Below are positions 18,578 through 28,277 of a stretch of 64,000 nucleotides of DNA, piece by piece. This stretch comes from an uncultured Eubacteriales bacterium. GTDB lineage: Bacteria > Bacillota > Clostridia > Oscillospirales > Oscillospiraceae. The notes under the pieces were generated by a model, which worked only from the letters and a program-made list of their open reading frames with translations, did no database searches and was not told where the DNA came from. The stretch's first letter is position 1. Each line of letters opens with the position of its first letter. Where the stretch lies: positions 1,421-65,420 of the forward strand of contig URPD01000004.1 of NCBI GenBank assembly GCA_900549645.1, read 5' to 3'. The position numbers were made by a program, and so were the translations under genes.

Positions 18578-19432
18578 TTACATCTTGCCTATCACGACGC
18601 GCTCGATATTCAGCGTGTCGAGTCTGGAGCCGACGGCGCGGAAGCCGGCGGAGCTTAGCATTTCCTTGACCGTTGCGGCCTGACCCTCGCCGACCTCAAA
18701 CAGCAGGAAGCCGCCGGGGCGGAGCAGACTCTTCCAATACTTGATTATCGCCTTATAGAAGCGATACCCGTCCTCGCCGCCGTCGAGCGCCCATATCGGC
18801 TCATAGTCGCGCACGGAGGCGTCGAGCGTCATTATCTCGGCGCTGGCAATGTACGGGGGATTGGAGACGATCATGTCAAACTGGCCGATGCTCATCGGAG
18901 GAGAGGAGGTAGCGTCTGCCTGAATACAGATGGCGCGGGAGCCGAGACGGTTCGACGCAAAGTTCTCGCGCGCAATCTCAAGGGCGTTGGCGCTGATATC
19001 GACGGCGACAAGCTTCGTCGCGGGCAGCTCGTGGCCGAGCGCGCAGGCAATGCAGCCGCTGCCGCAGCAGAGGTCGAGTATCCTTGCGTCCATCTTGCGG
19101 CCGAGCAGCAGCTCTTTCGCGGTCGTCACCAGCAGCTCCGTATCCATACGGGGGATGAGCACGTCGGGCGTGACCTTCATCGGCAGACCGTAGAACTCCC
19201 ACGCACCCGTGATGTACGCGACCGGCTCACCGGCGAGGCGGCGGCGCGTAAGCTCCTGAACCTCTGCGTCGATGGCAGCGGTGGTGTATAGATTGATGTC
19301 GCGCAGAAGCTCGGCGACGGACTTCCCGGCGGCAGTGGCCACCAGCAGCCGCGCTTCAAGGGTGTAGCCCTCGATGCCGCTTGCGCGCAGGGCGTTGCGC
19401 GTTTCAAGATAAATGTCGTTGTAAGTTTTCAT
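18578..19432 (-). CDS. prmC: release factor glutamine N5-methyltransferase PrmC/HemK
   Basis: NPPY motif and SAM-binding LDLCCGSG. Confidence 0.9.
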   Translation of the reverse strand: MKTYNDIYLETRNALRASGIEGYTLEARLLVATAAGKSVAELLRDINLYTTAAIDAEVQELTRRRLAGEPVAYITGAWEFYGLPMKVTPDVLIPRMDTELLVTTAKELLLGRKMDARILDLCCGSGCIACALGHELPATKLVAVDISANALEIARENFASNRLGSRAICIQADATSSPPMSIGQFDMIVSNPPYIASAEIMTLDASVRDYEPIWALDGGEDGYRFYKAIIKYWKSLLRPGGFLLFEVGEGQAATVKEMLSSAGFRAVGSRLDTLNIERVVIGKM

Positions 19433-19453
19433 CCGGCGATCCTCAATTCTGAT

Positions 19454-20395
19454 TTACCAAGCGTCGCTGCCTTTTTCTTCGGGGATGACAAGCTCCATCG
19501 CGCGAATCGCGCACTCGATCATGCTGTCGTCCGGCTCGTTCGTGGTCATGTGCTGGAGCCATTTGCCCGGCGCGGAGAGCGCGGCGGACAGCCAGTTGTC
19601 ATGCCGGCCGCACCAGCGGTTTATCTCGTAGCTTATGCCGACGACCAGCGGCAGGAGCAGCAGATGGCAGCCCATGCGGGCGAAGCTGTTGGTCAGCGTG
19701 ACGACGGAGTTAACAAGGATGCTGACGACAACGACGACGAGCAGGAAGCTCGTTCCGCAGCGGGGGTGGAAACGGGATTCCGTGCGCACGTTTTCAACCG
19801 TCAAAGGCTTGCCGTGCTCATAGCAGAAGATGGTCTTGTGCTCGGCGCCGTGATAGGAAAACAGGCGCTTCACATCGCTCACGCAGGAGCACAGGCGCAT
19901 GTAGCACAGCAGGATGACGATCTTTACCACGCCCTCGGAGAGGTTCCGGACGACGAGATTCTGCGTCAGCGGCTTTATGAAGCCGACTATCAGCGTCGGG
20001 AGAAAGATGAACAGAAACAGCGCCAGCGCGATGCCGAGGACGACCGCCGTGCCGATGACAATCTTCGGCGCCTTCTCGGCCTCGAAGTGCTTTTCTATCC
20101 ACTGGTCGAGCTTGTCCGGCTCCTGATCCTCAACGGGCACAAGCTCCGCCGAGTAGGTCAGCGCCTGCATACCCTTGACCATGGAATCCAGAAACGTCGC
20201 ACAGCCGCGGATGAGCGGCCAGCCGAGTATGGGGTATCTGTCCCTGATGAATTTCAGCTCCTCGACCTTTTCGACAAGGCCGTCCGCCGTGCGGCATACG
20301 ATGGCCTGCTTTTTCGGCCCGCGCATGAGGATACCTTCGATAAGAGCCTGTCCGCCGATGGATGTGCGGAAGGAGCAGTCTTTGTTTTTTGCCAT
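19454..20395 (-). CDS. DUF1385 (YqhQ-like) membrane protein
   Basis: 313 aa with conserved DUF1385 N-terminus GGQALIEGILMRGP. Typical neighbour of prmC in Firmicutes. Confidence 0.75.
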   Translation of the reverse strand: MAKNKDCSFRTSIGGQALIEGILMRGPKKQAIVCRTADGLVEKVEELKFIRDRYPILGWPLIRGCATFLDSMVKGMQALTYSAELVPVEDQEPDKLDQWIEKHFEAEKAPKIVIGTAVVLGIALALFLFIFLPTLIVGFIKPLTQNLVVRNLSEGVVKIVILLCYMRLCSCVSDVKRLFSYHGAEHKTIFCYEHGKPLTVENVRTESRFHPRCGTSFLLVVVVVSILVNSVVTLTNSFARMGCHLLLLPLVVGISYEINRWCGRHDNWLSAALSAPGKWLQHMTTNEPDDSMIECAIRAMELVIPEEKGSDAW

Positions 20396-20404
20396 AGTTT
20401 CTCC

Positions 20405-21394
20405 TTAGTTGTTGAGCGGGAGCGTTATTTTTGCGATGCAGCCGCCGCCCTCGGCGTTCTCTATTTCAAGCTGTCCGCTGTGACGCGTGATTATCTCGTC
20501 GCACACGGCAAGGCCGATGCCAGTGCCGCGGTTCTTGGAGCTGCCCTTGTAGAACTTCTCCTTGACGTGCGGCAGCTCGCCCTCAGGTATGCCGCGGCCA
20601 TAGTCGCGGATGCTGATATGTACGCCCGCGGCGTCGGCAGTGAGCGCGACGTCGACCTTCTTGCCGTCCCCGCCGTGCTTCGCGGCGTTGTCGAGCAGGT
20701 TCAGGAACACCTGCTTCAGCCGCTCCGGGTCGCCGGGAATCAGCGGGATCTCGGCGGGGGGCTGAGTGTAGTTCACCTCAATACCGGCCTGACGCATCAG
20801 CTCGCCGTAGGTGAATATCGCGTCCTCAAGCTCGGCGGCGATGTCGATAAGCTCGACGCGGAGATTGAAGCGCCCGTCCTGTATGCGGGTGAATTCCAGC
20901 ATCTCCGACACCATGCCCGTAAGCCTCTCGGCCTCCTTGGAGATGATGTTTATCCCGCGCAGAGAGTCGCCCTGCACGGCCTCGTCGAAAGCTATCGTCT
21001 CCGCCCAGCCGGTTATCGCGGTGAGCGGGGTGCGAAGCTCGTGCGACACCTGCGAGATGAACTCCGTGCGCGATTTCTCCGCCACGGCTACCTTTTCCGA
21101 CATGCTGTTCAGCTCGTCGGTCAGGCGGCCAAGCTCGTTTTCGCTGGTCTTTTCAATTCTGACTCCGTAGCTGCCGGCGGCGATGTGGCGCGCGGCCTCG
21201 GTGAGATTCTCGATAGGCTCGGACACAAAGCGCGAGAACCAGAGGTTCACGCCGACGAGGAAAATACACATCAGAACGATGATGATTATCGCGGGCGTAT
21301 ACATCGCGCGGGTGATGAACCATACCGCGAGCAACAGCAGGACTATTGCCGCCATGCTGGAGGCAAACAGTTGAGTTTTCAGGTCTTTAAACAT
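20405..21394 (-). CDS. two-component sensor histidine kinase (TM-HAMP-HisKA-HATPase_c)
   Basis: H-box SHELRTPL, N-box LLDNAAKH and G-boxes DYGRGIP / GTGIGL. Confidence 0.9.
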   Translation of the reverse strand: MFKDLKTQLFASSMAAIVLLLLAVWFITRAMYTPAIIIIVLMCIFLVGVNLWFSRFVSEPIENLTEAARHIAAGSYGVRIEKTSENELGRLTDELNSMSEKVAVAEKSRTEFISQVSHELRTPLTAITGWAETIAFDEAVQGDSLRGINIISKEAERLTGMVSEMLEFTRIQDGRFNLRVELIDIAAELEDAIFTYGELMRQAGIEVNYTQPPAEIPLIPGDPERLKQVFLNLLDNAAKHGGDGKKVDVALTADAAGVHISIRDYGRGIPEGELPHVKEKFYKGSSKNRGTGIGLAVCDEIITRHSGQLEIENAEGGGCIAKITLPLNN

Positions 21395-21439
21395 TCAGAA
21401 TACTTCCGTTTTGCAGTGATGAATTTTTGAACCGTTGGC

Positions 21440-22129
21440 TCAGTAGCCCCACTTGTAGCCGTAGCCCCAGACGGTGGTGAGGTATTCAGGCTCCGTCGGG
21501 TCGGACTCTATCTTGATGCGCAGACGGCGGATGTTGACGTCGACGGTCTTGAGCTCTCCGCCGAATTCGCTGCCCCACACGGCGGAGAGAATGTCCTCGC
21601 GGCTCATGGCCTTGCCGGGATTTTCCATAAAGAGCTTCATCAGCAGGTATTCTATCTGGGTCAGCTTCAGGCGATGGCCGTTCTTCTCAAGGGTGCGGTT
21701 GCGGACGTTGAGCACGAACGGGCCGCTTACGATCTCGACGGAGTTCTTCTCCTCCTCGTCCACACCGAGACGGCGGATGAGCGCATCGACGCGCGCGGTA
21801 AGCTCCGCGGGGGAGAAGGGCTTGGTGACGTAGTCGTCCGCGCCGGTCATAAGCCCGGTAACCTTGTCGATCTCCTGACTTTTGGCCGTGAGCATGATGA
21901 TGCCCATCTTGGAGCCGGTAGCGCGGATGCGGCGGCAGACCTCGAACCCGTCGATATCGGGCAGCATAACGTCCAGCAGGGCAAGGCAGATGTCGGGGTT
22001 CTGCTTGAGCTTTTCAAGAGCCATTTCTCCGTTCTCGGCCTCTATCGGCTCGAAGCCGCTGCGGCGCAGGTTGATGACCACAAAGCTGCGGATATTTGCT
22101 TCGTCTTCCAGAACAAGTATCTTCTTCAT
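21440..22129 (-). CDS. OmpR-family response regulator
   Basis: Receiver domain (D..D..K motifs; LDVMLPDIDG) plus a winged-helix output domain. Confidence 0.9.
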   Translation of the reverse strand: MKKILVLEDEANIRSFVVINLRRSGFEPIEAENGEMALEKLKQNPDICLALLDVMLPDIDGFEVCRRIRATGSKMGIIMLTAKSQEIDKVTGLMTGADDYVTKPFSPAELTARVDALIRRLGVDEEEKNSVEIVSGPFVLNVRNRTLEKNGHRLKLTQIEYLLMKLFMENPGKAMSREDILSAVWGSEFGGELKTVDVNIRRLRIKIESDPTEPEYLTTVWGYGYKWGY

Positions 22130-22317
22130 ATATGTGATTTCCCCCTGTTAAGGCATTTTGTAAGCATTATATATTATGACAAGTAATTATATCACAGCAT
22201 TTACAAAAATGGTAGTCATAGTTGCAAAAAAATATCATAAAAATATGCGCGTTATTACAGAACGTATGCATAGCGATGACATGTTATGTAACCCGGTGAG
22301 AGCACTTTTACTTGGCC

Positions 22318-22346
22318 TTGATATTTTGGTTCAACGCTGGTAAAAT
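22318..22346 (+). promoter_or_regulatory. promoter TTGATA-17-TAAAAT immediately before the GTPase-NYN gene (predicted near-leaderless transcript)
   Basis: -35 at 22318-22323, -10 at 22341-22346. The ATG at 22354 lies only 7 nt past the -10 and has no SD (atctcctATG). Confidence 0.5.
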
Positions 22347-22353
22347 ATCTCCT

Positions 22354-24945
22354 ATGAAGAAAAATGTTGTTATAGGTATCTTGGCTCATGTGGACGCGGG
22401 GAAAACGACGCTGTCCGAGGCCATGCTGTACCTTTCGGGAAAAATCAAAAAGCTTGGCCGCGTTGACCACCGCGACTCGTATCTTGACACACATTCGATC
22501 GAGCGCTCCCGCGGCATAACCATCTTCTCAAAGCAGGCGGTGATCGACCTGCCGCAGAGCAGCGTTACGCTTCTCGACACGCCGGGGCACGTCGACTTCG
22601 TCTCCGAGACGGAGCGCAGTCTGCGTGTACTGGATTACGCGGTTCTGGTCATCAGCGGGACGGACGGAGTGCAGGCGCACACGGAGACGCTGTGGCAGCT
22701 GCTGCGGCGCTACGGGATACCGACCTTCATATTCGTGACCAAAATGGACTTGCCCGTCCGCGACAAGGCCGCGTTGATGGCCGATTTGCAGCGGCGGCTC
22801 GACGCGGAGTGCGTGGACTTCGGGGAAAACGCCGCCGCGCTCAATGAGCGGCTTGCCATGTGCGGCGAGGCCGCGATGGACGAATATCTGAGCTGCGGGG
22901 AGCTGAGCCGCGATACGATCGCGGAGCTGATAAAGACCCGGCGCGTGTTCCCGTGCTTCTTCGGCTCCGGTCTTCGCACCGAGGGCGTCGAAGAATTCAT
23001 GCAGGCGATCGACGAGTACGCGATACCGGCAGCAGCGGGGGACGGGTTCTCCGCGCGGGTGTATAAAATAGCGCGCGACGCGCAGGGCAAGCGCCTGAGC
23101 TTTCTCCGCGTGAACGGCGGGGAGCTGTCCGTGCGGCAGCTTATCCGCTACGCGGGCGAGGACGGCGCGGAGCATGAGGAAAAAATCAGCCAGCTTCGCA
23201 TATATTCCGGCATAAAGTACGAGGCCGTCGATACGGTCAAGCCCGGCCAGATCTGCGCCGCACTCGGCCTGAGCGAGACTTTCCACGGTCAGGGACTGGG
23301 CGCGGAAGCGGACGTCTCGGTGGAGCCGATGCTGGAGCCGGTACTGAGTTACAGCCTGCTGCTGCCGCCGACGGAGGATCCGCGCGTAATGCTGCCGAAG
23401 CTGATGCAGCTTCAGGAGGAGGATCCGCAGCTGCACATCCGTTGGGATGAGCGCGGCAGGGCGATACGCGTGGAGCTTATGGGCAAGGTGCAGGCGGAGG
23501 TATTCCGCGCGCTTGTCAAGGAGCGCTTCGACGTCGATATCGCGCTTGACGCGGGGCGCATCATGTATAAGGAGACCATTGCCGACACCGTGGAGGGCGT
23601 AGGCCATTTTGAGCCTCTGCGCCATTACGCGGAGGTGCACCTGATAATGGAACCGATGCCGCGCGGAAGCGGCATAGTCGTGGACAGCGTCTGCCCGGAA
23701 GACGGGCTTGACCGCAACTGGCAGCGGCTGATACTCGGCCATGTACTCGAAAAGCAGCATCTAGGCGTGCTGACAGGTTCGCCGCTGACGGATGTGAAAA
23801 TAACGCTTGCCGCCGGGCGGGCGCACCTGAAGCACACCGAGGGCGGGGACTTCCGTCAGGCGACCTACCGCGCGATACGGCAGGGGCTTATGCAGGCAAA
23901 ATCTGTGCTGCTTGAGCCGTGGTACGCGTTTTCGATAGAGCTGCCGCCGGAGCTGATAGGGCGCGCGATAAGCGATGTGCGCCAGATGTCCGGCAGCTTC
24001 ACGGGGCCTGACGACGCGGGCGGAATGCTCCGCATCGAGGGCGGTGCGCCGGTGTCGGAGATGAACGGCTACGCAAGCGAAGTGGCGGCATATTCTGGCG
24101 GACGCAGTAAATTTTCCTGCCGCGTGGAGGGCTACCGCCAATGCCATAATGAAAAAGACGTGGTTGTGGAGATCAACTACGACGCAGAAAGCGACGTGGA
24201 GAACACCGCGGATTCCGTGTTCTGCGCCCACGGCGGCGGCTTTAACGTCCGCTGGGACAAGGTTCCGGAATACATGCATCTTGAAAGCTGCCTGAAAAAG
24301 CCGGAGACTACCGCGCCTGTCAGGCCGTACCGCAGTCTCAGCATCGACGAACGCGAGCTTGAAGCGATAATGGAGCGCGAGTTCGGCCCCATAAAGCGCC
24401 CGGAATACCGCGCGCCGACGGTGAACTCAGCGCCTGTGCGGCCGATCGCGCCGCCGAAGAAGCAATATATAATAGTAGACGGCTATAACCTCATCTTCGC
24501 GTCGCAGGAGCTTTCGGCACTTGCGTGGGAAAAGCTCGACCTTGCGCGCGGGCGATTGATGGACATGCTGTCAAACTACTGCGGCTTTACGAAACGTGAG
24601 CTGGTGCTGGTGTTTGACGGCTTCCGTACCCCCGGCAACCCCGGCTCGCGCGAGGAGTACCACAATATACACGTCGCCTTTACCAAGGACGGCGAGACGG
24701 CGGACGCGTATATCGAGCGCATCGCGGATAACATCGGAAAGAATTATGACGTCCGCGTCGTCACGAACGATAATCTTATCAGGCTCTCGGCACTGCGTTC
24801 CGGCGTCCTGCGCACCTCGTCGGACGAGTTCGCACTGGAGGTGCGGGACGTGCTGGAGCAGATAGACGCGCTTCTGAAAAAGACGAACGACGGCGCGCAC
24901 AAATACAGATTGGAACTGGACAGAACTGAAAATGGAGAAAAATGA
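22354..24945 (+). CDS. EF-G/TetM-like translational GTPase (domains G-II-III-IV-V) fused to a C-terminal Rae1/YacP-type NYN endoribonuclease domain
   Basis: N-terminus VVIGILAHVDAGKTTLSEAMLY...DTPGHVDF...VTKMDL aligns along its length with TetM/TetO/EF-G through about aa 640. After a ~90-aa Pro-rich linker, the C-terminal ~150 aa (YIIVDGYNLIFAS...LVLVFDGF...IHVAFTKDGETADAYIERIA...VRVVTNDNLIRLSALRSG) matches B. subtilis Rae1/YacP motif for motif, including the acidic residues. Total 864 aa from the ATG at 22354. Confidence 0.8.
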   Translation: MKKNVVIGILAHVDAGKTTLSEAMLYLSGKIKKLGRVDHRDSYLDTHSIERSRGITIFSKQAVIDLPQSSVTLLDTPGHVDFVSETERSLRVLDYAVLVISGTDGVQAHTETLWQLLRRYGIPTFIFVTKMDLPVRDKAALMADLQRRLDAECVDFGENAAALNERLAMCGEAAMDEYLSCGELSRDTIAELIKTRRVFPCFFGSGLRTEGVEEFMQAIDEYAIPAAAGDGFSARVYKIARDAQGKRLSFLRVNGGELSVRQLIRYAGEDGAEHEEKISQLRIYSGIKYEAVDTVKPGQICAALGLSETFHGQGLGAEADVSVEPMLEPVLSYSLLLPPTEDPRVMLPKLMQLQEEDPQLHIRWDERGRAIRVELMGKVQAEVFRALVKERFDVDIALDAGRIMYKETIADTVEGVGHFEPLRHYAEVHLIMEPMPRGSGIVVDSVCPEDGLDRNWQRLILGHVLEKQHLGVLTGSPLTDVKITLAAGRAHLKHTEGGDFRQATYRAIRQGLMQAKSVLLEPWYAFSIELPPELIGRAISDVRQMSGSFTGPDDAGGMLRIEGGAPVSEMNGYASEVAAYSGGRSKFSCRVEGYRQCHNEKDVVVEINYDAESDVENTADSVFCAHGGGFNVRWDKVPEYMHLESCLKKPETTAPVRPYRSLSIDERELEAIMEREFGPIKRPEYRAPTVNSAPVRPIAPPKKQYIIVDGYNLIFASQELSALAWEKLDLARGRLMDMLSNYCGFTKRELVLVFDGFRTPGNPGSREEYHNIHVAFTKDGETADAYIERIADNIGKNYDVRVVTNDNLIRLSALRSGVLRTSSDEFALEVRDVLEQIDALLKKTNDGAHKYRLELDRTENGEK

Positions 24946-25675
24946 ACTTCTGCGCCGCATGGAGGATCTGTGCGAGCGCGCCGAGCGCAGTGGGACGGTC
25001 TGCTCCAGCGGGTATCTCAGCCCAGCAGAGCGGTATCAGACCGAGAAATGGGCGAAGCAGCGCGGCTGCACCGTGGTGTTTTCGGGCGGCGGAGCCGACT
25101 GCGAGCGGACGGCGGCGTTCTTCCTGCCGGAATATATGAGCGAGGAATACTTTGACCCGTCGGAGCACTTCGCGGCGATAAAGCTTACCGCGCATTTCGG
25201 TACGCCGGGGCACCGGGACTATATGGGCGCGGTGCTGGGCATGGGCGTCGGCCGCGAGTGGGTAGGCGATATCCGCGTCATGGGCGACACGGCGTATATC
25301 TTCTGTCTGCCGAGCGTGCACCGGCACCTGCTGAGTATCGACAAGGTAGGCCGATGCGGGGTCACGGCGGAGAATATCGCGCCGGGGGACGTTCCGCAGG
25401 CGAAGCGCGAGGTGAAGGAAAAGAGCTTTTCCGTCATGTCGATGCGGCTTGACGCGGTGACGGCGGGCATGTTTGACCTCAGCCGCACCGAGGCCGCGAA
25501 GGAGATACGCCTCGGCAATGTCAGTCTCAACTATGAACCGACCGAGAAGCCCGACGCGCAGATATCGGCGGGGGATATAATTTCCCTGCGCGGCGCGGGC
25601 AAGGGCAGCGTCACCGGTACCGGCGGCACCTCACGCAAAGGACGGCTTTTCGTCTACGCGGAAATACTGAAGTGA
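24932..25675 (+). CDS. ylmH: YlmH-like S4-domain RNA-binding protein (RqcP paralogue family)
   Basis: 247 aa. Clear similarity to B. subtilis YlmH across N-domain, central domain and C-terminal S4 domain (FFLPEY..., SMRLDAVTAGMFDLSRTEAAKEI..GNVSLN...ISAGDIISLRGAGKG). Start overlaps the GTPase-NYN stop. Confidence 0.75.
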   Translation: MEKNELLRRMEDLCERAERSGTVCSSGYLSPAERYQTEKWAKQRGCTVVFSGGGADCERTAAFFLPEYMSEEYFDPSEHFAAIKLTAHFGTPGHRDYMGAVLGMGVGREWVGDIRVMGDTAYIFCLPSVHRHLLSIDKVGRCGVTAENIAPGDVPQAKREVKEKSFSVMSMRLDAVTAGMFDLSRTEAAKEIRLGNVSLNYEPTEKPDAQISAGDIISLRGAGKGSVTGTGGTSRKGRLFVYAEILK

Positions 25676-25722
25676 CGCGGAAAAAACGTATATTCAACAA
25701 TTTTACATAAGGAGACAGCACA

Positions 25723-26940
25723 ATGAAAGCCTACGAAAGATTTATTACCTACGTCAAGACCCACACCGCAAGCTCCGAGACCTCGGAGAGCGTGCCGAGC
25801 AGCGACTGCCAGTTTACGCTGTGCCATATGCTTGCCGACGAGATGCGCTCCATCGGGCTGGAGGGCGTATATGAGGACGAGCACGCCTATGTTTACGGCT
25901 TCATCCCCGCGAGCGAGGGCTATGAGGACAAGCCCTGCATCGGCTTCATCGCCCATCTTGACACGATACCCGATTTCCCCGGCGAGAACGTTCAGCCGCA
26001 GCTCATCGAAAATTATGACGGCGGCGACGTCGTCCTCGGCACGAGCGGGCGCAGCCTGACGGCGGAGAAGTTCCCGCATCTGGCTACCCTCAAGGGTCAA
26101 ACCCTTATCACGACCGACGGCACGACCGTGCTCGGCGCAGACGATAAGGCGGGCATCGCCGCGATAATGACCGCCGCGGAGCGCATTATAAAAGAGAAGC
26201 GCCCGCATGGCCGCGTCGCCGTGTGCTTCACGCCCGACGAGGAGATCGGCCACGGCGCGTCGCTGCTCGATCTTGAGCGGCTGGGCGCGGACTTTGCCTA
26301 CACCGTTGACGGCGAGGAGCTGAGCGAGATAAACTACGAGACCTTCAACGCCGCGTCCGCGAAGTGGGAGGTCAACGGCTTCAACATCCATCCGGGCAGC
26401 GCGAAGAACATGATGATAAACGCGAGCCTTGTCGCTATGGAGATAAACTCAATGCTCCCCTCCGGCGACACCCCGGCGCACACCGAGGGCTACGAGGGCT
26501 TCTTCCACCTGACCGATATGAGCGGCACTGTTGAAAAAGCGATGCTGAGCTACATCATCCGCGACCATAACGCCGCTTCCTTCGACCAGCGCATAAAGAC
26601 GATGGAGCACATCGAAAAGCTCATAAACGAGAAGTACGGCGAGGGCACCGCGAAGCTGACTGTGCGCCAGCAGTACCGGAACATGCGGGAGCTTATCGGC
26701 GAGCACATGGAGATAGTCGAGCTTGCGGAGCGCGCACTGCGCCGCGAGGGCATAGAGCCTGTCACCGCGCCCGTCCGCGGCGGCACCGACGGCGCACAGC
26801 TCACCTTCCGCGGCCTGCTCTGCCCGAACATCGGCACCGGCGGCTACTCCTGCCACGGCCCCTATGAGCACATCACCGCCGAGCACCTTGAGACCTCGAC
26901 GAACATCGTCATGAACATAATCGACGAGAATCTGAAATAA
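25723..26940 (+). CDS. pepT: peptidase T (tripeptide aminopeptidase, M20B)
   Basis: 405 aa with M20 metal-binding motifs (HLDT, GADDKAG, DEE, H near C-terminus). Confidence 0.85.
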   Translation: MKAYERFITYVKTHTASSETSESVPSSDCQFTLCHMLADEMRSIGLEGVYEDEHAYVYGFIPASEGYEDKPCIGFIAHLDTIPDFPGENVQPQLIENYDGGDVVLGTSGRSLTAEKFPHLATLKGQTLITTDGTTVLGADDKAGIAAIMTAAERIIKEKRPHGRVAVCFTPDEEIGHGASLLDLERLGADFAYTVDGEELSEINYETFNAASAKWEVNGFNIHPGSAKNMMINASLVAMEINSMLPSGDTPAHTEGYEGFFHLTDMSGTVEKAMLSYIIRDHNAASFDQRIKTMEHIEKLINEKYGEGTAKLTVRQQYRNMRELIGEHMEIVELAERALRREGIEPVTAPVRGGTDGAQLTFRGLLCPNIGTGGYSCHGPYEHITAEHLETSTNIVMNIIDENLK

Positions 26941-26986
26941 AAAAACGCAAATTCAAAAAATCTCACGCTTATAAGGAGAGATGAGG

Positions 26987-28267
26987 ATGAAGAGCAGGCT
27001 TGGAGCGAGAAACTGGATCACGCTGATACTCATCGGCCTTTTCGGGCAGTTCGCGTGGACGATAGAGAACATGTATTTCAACGTGTTCCTCTATAACACT
27101 ATCAGCACCGACCCCGGCTACATCGCCGCGATGGTAGGCTGGTCTGCCGCCGCCGCGACGGTGACGACGCTTCTCATGGGCGCGCTGTCAGACCGCGTCG
27201 GCAAGCGCAAGGCGTTCATCTGCGCGGGCTACATACTCTGGGGGCTCTCGACCGCCGCCTTCGGCTACATTACGCCTGAAAACGCGGGGCGGCTTTTCCC
27301 TGCGGCGAACGCGTCGGCGGCCGCGGCGGTGATGGTGGTCGTGCTCGACTGCGTGATGACCTTCTTCGGCAGCACCGCGAACGACGCGGCCTTCAACGCC
27401 TACGTCACGGATATCACCGACAGCGACAACCGCGGCCGGGCGGAGAGTGTGCTGGCGATACTGCCGCTCATCTCCATGCTGATAATCTTCGGCGGCTTCG
27501 ACGGACTGACCCAGCAGGGGAGATGGCGCGAGTTTTTCAACATCTTCGGCGTCTCGGTATCCGTCGTCGGGCTTGTGTCGCTCGTACTGGTCAAGGATTC
27601 GCCGCGGCTTACGCCGAGGCGGGACAGCTATTTCAAAAACCTGCTCTACGGCCTGCGCCCCGGCGTCGTGCGTGAGAATCTGCAGCTGTACCTGTCGTTC
27701 GCGGCGTTCAGCGTGTTCTCAATCGCCGTGCAGGTGTTCTTCCCGTACCTGATAATCTATATTCAGAACTATCTCGGCATCAAGGATTACGCGATAGTCC
27801 TCGGTGTGGTGCTGATATTTGCAAGCGTCGTGAGCGTCGTCTCCGGCAGATTCATCGACCGGGTCGGCAAAATGCGTTTCACCGTGCCCGCGGCGGCGAT
27901 CATGCTCATCGGCCTTGCGGCGATGTATTTCGTGCGCGGCAACGCCGGGGTTATGATCGCGGGCAGCGTGATGATGAGCGGGTATATGATGATGTCCGCC
28001 GCCCTCGGCGCGAATATCCGCGACTGGACGCCCAAGGACAAGGCCGGGCATTTTCAGGGCATCCGCATGATATTCGCAGTGCTGCTGCCGATGATAATCG
28101 GCCCCGTAATAGGCGCGGAGGTCATCCGCAATTCCGACAGCACGTATATGGAGCTGGGGCAGCTCAAGACCGTGCCGACTCCGGGGATATTCCTCGCGGC
28201 GGCGGCAGTCCTGATGCTGACGGCGATACCCGTGCTGATGCTGAGAAAAAGCGAAAAAAAGAGATAA
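26987..28267 (+). CDS. MFS transporter
   Basis: About 426 aa, 12 TM. RBS AAGGAGAG is positioned for the ATG at 26987. Confidence 0.7.
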   Translation: MKSRLGARNWITLILIGLFGQFAWTIENMYFNVFLYNTISTDPGYIAAMVGWSAAAATVTTLLMGALSDRVGKRKAFICAGYILWGLSTAAFGYITPENAGRLFPAANASAAAAVMVVVLDCVMTFFGSTANDAAFNAYVTDITDSDNRGRAESVLAILPLISMLIIFGGFDGLTQQGRWREFFNIFGVSVSVVGLVSLVLVKDSPRLTPRRDSYFKNLLYGLRPGVVRENLQLYLSFAAFSVFSIAVQVFFPYLIIYIQNYLGIKDYAIVLGVVLIFASVVSVVSGRFIDRVGKMRFTVPAAAIMLIGLAAMYFVRGNAGVMIAGSVMMSGYMMMSAALGANIRDWTPKDKAGHFQGIRMIFAVLLPMIIGPVIGAEVIRNSDSTYMELGQLKTVPTPGIFLAAAAVLMLTAIPVLMLRKSEKKR

Positions 28268-28277
28268 GGCGAACGCG

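Noticed and set aside
22312-22353. Listed upstream TTG start (22312) for the GTPase-NYN gene.
   Set aside because: The TTGATA-17-TAAAAT promoter lies inside this extension. The ATG at 22354 gives the canonical MKKNVVIGILAHVDAGKTT N-terminus of translational GTPases.
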